Of a stretch of DNA of 64,000 nucleotides, positions 60,072-64,000 are shown one piece after another. A program made the position numbers and the translations under genes. Under the pieces are notes generated by a model. It was not told the origin of the DNA. It did not search any database and was given only the letters and a program-made list of their open reading frames with translations. The DNA is taken from NCBI RefSeq assembly GCF_009914755.1, contig NC_060928.1, one strand, 5' to 3'. The DNA comes from the human T2T-CHM13v2.0 reference genome, Homo sapiens. The number at the start of each line of letters is the position of its first letter. Within the stretch, counting starts at the first letter, position 1.

Positions 60072-60467
60072 TAAAAACTTTGTTTTTAAGTGGTTCAATT
60101 AGGAGTCTACTGCACTTATCCAAGCAAAAAAAATTTAAAAATTTAAAAAAAAAATAAAAGCTAGGGGTAAAGTTGTCACAAAGAGAACAAGTCAGCTTTG
60201 AGAATCATTTCTACACCCAAAGAGCCTAAAGTCTGGACTGGAAAATGAAGCAACACAGTGAAACAGAGAACAGTACAGGGTCATGCATGAGCCATTGCTA
60301 TATGAACATCACAGAAGGTGAGAGATTGATGTAACTTAGAAAGTCAGGATTGGCCTCCTAGCAAAGACCACCTTAAACTTGGGAAGAACTGATTCTGGGA
60401 TAGTAGCCTGAGTGAATATTAGACGAGCAAGTGAGTCTGTATCTGCTTGAAAGAACAAAGAGACAAA

Positions 60468-60770
60468 AGCCAGGTGCAGTGGCTCCAGCCTGTAATCTCA
60501 GCAATTTGGGAGACAGGCAGATGGCTTGAGCACAGGGGTTTGAGACGAGCCTGAGCAACATGGTGAACCCTGTCTCTAGAAAAGTTGTAAAAATTAGCTG
60601 GACGTGGTGGCGCACACCTGTAGTCCCAGCTACTCGGGAGGCTGAAGTGGGAGGATTGCTAAGCCCAGGAGGTGGAGGTTGCAGTGAGCTGTGATTGCGC
60701 CACTTGCACTCCAGCCTGGGCAACAGAGCAAGACCCTGTCTCAAAAAAAAAGAGAGAGAGAGAGAGAGAA
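60468..60770 (+). mobile_element. AluJ-like
   Basis: Diverged dimer with A/(GA)n tail. Confidence 0.93.
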
Positions 60771-61476
60771 AACCACAGCTACTTGAGCATCCCTACACTG
60801 ACCTGACAATCCTGAACAGTGCTTCACATTGAAGTAGTCATCTCAGCAAATCCTCTATGGCTAATCCCTCTTAGAGTCTCCCAAAATGTTAAGACCATCA
60901 CCCCAGTCAACAAGGAACAAACCGTCTGTGGTCACTGGCATTCACAGGTGTGAATAAGATCTCAAGACTGATTGTTTTTCTATACTGAAGACTTATCTAA
61001 TGCCTCTGCTCTGACTGGTCTTTCATTTAAACGTTTCCTAAACCATGTGTCCGTAAGGCTGTGTGGATACAAAATCGATATCTTGACAATTCCTTTTTGT
61101 CTATTCTGATGACACAACCAGATTGTCAGTACTGGATTCGTATATTTTACACAGGCCCTGTTTGGAATACACACAGTGGGTTTTCTGATTATTATAAAAT
61201 AATAACAATTTTCATGCAGTGGATTAGATTCTTCCAAACCTCTCAGGAAACATGTTGGTATATGTGAAGCTTCGCACTGAAAGTATTTCAGAGGGTAAGT
61301 CAAGATCACATCTGTAGCTCCTTTAATCTGGGTGGGGCAAGACAGGACATGAAAAGCATCAGAAAATCCCACCATTATACATTTCTGGGTCTAGTGGGCA
61401 GGAAGGGGATGCCTTCATTTGCCAAATGTGTTCTGAGAATCTGGAGAACATTGCTGGTTAAAAGATACTTATTCAG

Positions 61477-62160
<684 letters not shown>

Positions 62161-62281
62161 TTCCTTCAAGGGGAAAGAGGAGACAAAGACTATTTTAGCG
62201 AAGTAACAGTACAGAGGTGTGCTAACGGCCAGAGGAAAAGAAAAGGTCTCTCACAGAGCAGGTGAAGTGGAAAACACTGAA

Positions 62282-62587
62282 TTTTTTTTTTTTTTTTTTT
62301 TTTCTTGATGGAGTCTTGCTCTGTCATCCAGGCTGGAGTGCAGTGGTGCGATCTTGGCTGACTGCAACCTCCGCCCCCTAGGTTCAAGCAATTCTCCTGC
62401 CTCAGCTTCCTGAGTAGCTGGGATTACAGGTGCCTGCTACCACGCCTGGCTAATTTTTTGTATTTTTCAGTAGAGACGGATGTTTTGCCATGTTGGCCAG
62501 GCTGGTCTCAAACTCCTGACCTCAGGTGATCCACCCGCCTCGGCCTCCAAAAGTGCTGAGATTACAGGCGTGAGCCACCACTCCCAG
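62282..62587 (-). mobile_element. AluSx-like
   Basis: Poly-T followed by antisense dimer; TGAATTT on both flanks. Confidence 0.95.
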
Positions 62588-64000
62588 ATTGAATTTATTA
62601 ATGCTAGAGAACTATCTCACAACTTTGCCTTATTTTACAAGTTAAAACCCACCCACTGAATCAAAGACACCCCTTTCTAGAGAAGGTCCTCAGCCTCTGG
62701 CAGCATCGTCTATCTGACTGCTGCTACTCCAAGACGGCCTTGCTCCAGCCCTCCCTTAGAGACACCCTGGAATTCTCTAGAATTCTCCACAGGCCAGGCC
62801 AGCTACTGAGCCCCAACAGAGCCTTCTCCAAGAAGTAACTGTTAACACTCTCCTCCCTCCCCTGCCAAGTGATCCCAAGGCTCTGGAGAAACAGAAGATG
62901 GCTCTTCACAAAACAACAACAATTGACACTTCCATCATTGCCCTGCCCAGCTCTGCTGAGTACACAAGGGACCATCATCACCAACCAGGGGCTGAGCCAA
63001 ACAGAGCTGCCCTCTGGAAAAATGGAACTAAGTCAACCAGAGAAGGGACACAGGAGAAGTGAGACAATCAGGGAAGCTGAGGAGCCCAGGGATGCGGCAC
63101 TGGAGCTGAAAAAGTGATGATGTGGAAACAGGGCTGGCAGCCATTGGGCTGAAACTCAGGCCAGGTGAGTCAGTGCATAAAGGGGCTCCTAGGAAGGTCA
63201 GCAGTCTCGACCTTGCCTCTGCAGAGCCCAGTCCCACTTCACAGGAGATGTGGCTTCACCTCACTTTCTCACCTTGGAGTCCATGATGTGTCTGAATCCT
63301 CGTCATGCATCTGCTGTCCAGTTGAGTGGGTTTCCTCCTTGCAAACAAAGGAACCTGAACAAAAGCAAAGGACAGGGACCACGTCCCTGGGCTCCTCAGT
63401 TTCCCCAGTTGTCTCACTTCCCCCACATATACACTCAACCCACCTCTGCCCCATTTAGGTCCTAAACGTTAGGAGAAAACATCGGCATGAAACAGTCCCA
63501 GAAGACATCCTTTCCCACAGAACAACAGGAGGCAATGGCCTGCAGCATCTAGAGACTTCATCACCAAGCCCTTCAAGCCAGGCAATCGTTCTGCTCCATA
63601 ACTAACAAAACACAGGTTTGCTTATTTAGACATTAAAACACGCATTTTTAAAAACACCAGAGGGTTCCCAAGAGTACACAGAGCGTGTCTGCTGCAGTGC
63701 ACCCTTCTCATCTACCACTGAATTCCAGCTCCTCACAAAGAACCGTGGACATCTGCCCTTAACGAGCTACTAAACTTTTATCACGCTAGATTTTTTTAAA
63801 TCTCCCCTTTAACCCAAGCAAACATTATTTTCCTATATAACTGAATGTATCATTGCTCCACACTTTACAGTAATCTAACTTGATGAAACAGCCTTGGCCC
63901 AGGAGGCTGTTTAACGTTTGAGGAGCCCACGTCAGATTGATCAGTTGCACTTCCTACCAAATACACAGATGTCCCTAGAATGCTGGTAAGCAGAGGCAGC

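Noticed and set aside
61060-61300. Plus-strand exon ending at AGG|GTAAGT (~61295)
   Set aside because: Stops in the frames examined and no convincing acceptor

Overview
Primate (human-like) non-coding genomic DNA, intronic or intergenic. I found no protein-coding exon, tRNA/rRNA, CpG island or CRISPR array that I can support. The window starts inside a disrupted L1PA (about L1PA7) LINE-1 interrupted by an AluS with a ~280-bp purine tail. It also holds about 20 Alus, two MLT2A (HERV-L) solo LTRs, MLT1 LTRs, hAT/Tc2 DNA-transposon fossils, many MIR/L2/L1M fragments, a 14 x 39-bp VNTR and an old Alu-containing tandem duplication. Almost all supplied ORFs are repeat-derived or chance. The most interesting signals are two decayed protein fossils in otherwise unique DNA: (1) a ~1.25-kb relic of a non-mammalian-type L1/Tx1-clade ORF2 with endonuclease, linker and RT-start motifs in order (48.5-49.8 kb, +); (2) a weaker PIF/Harbinger transposase-like relic (8.8-9.2 kb, -). 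There is also a strong CTCF motif, YY1 motifs and a candidate small exon/micropeptide. Repeat family names come from recognition of consensus sequences by eye, and boundaries are approximate unless a TSD is quoted.
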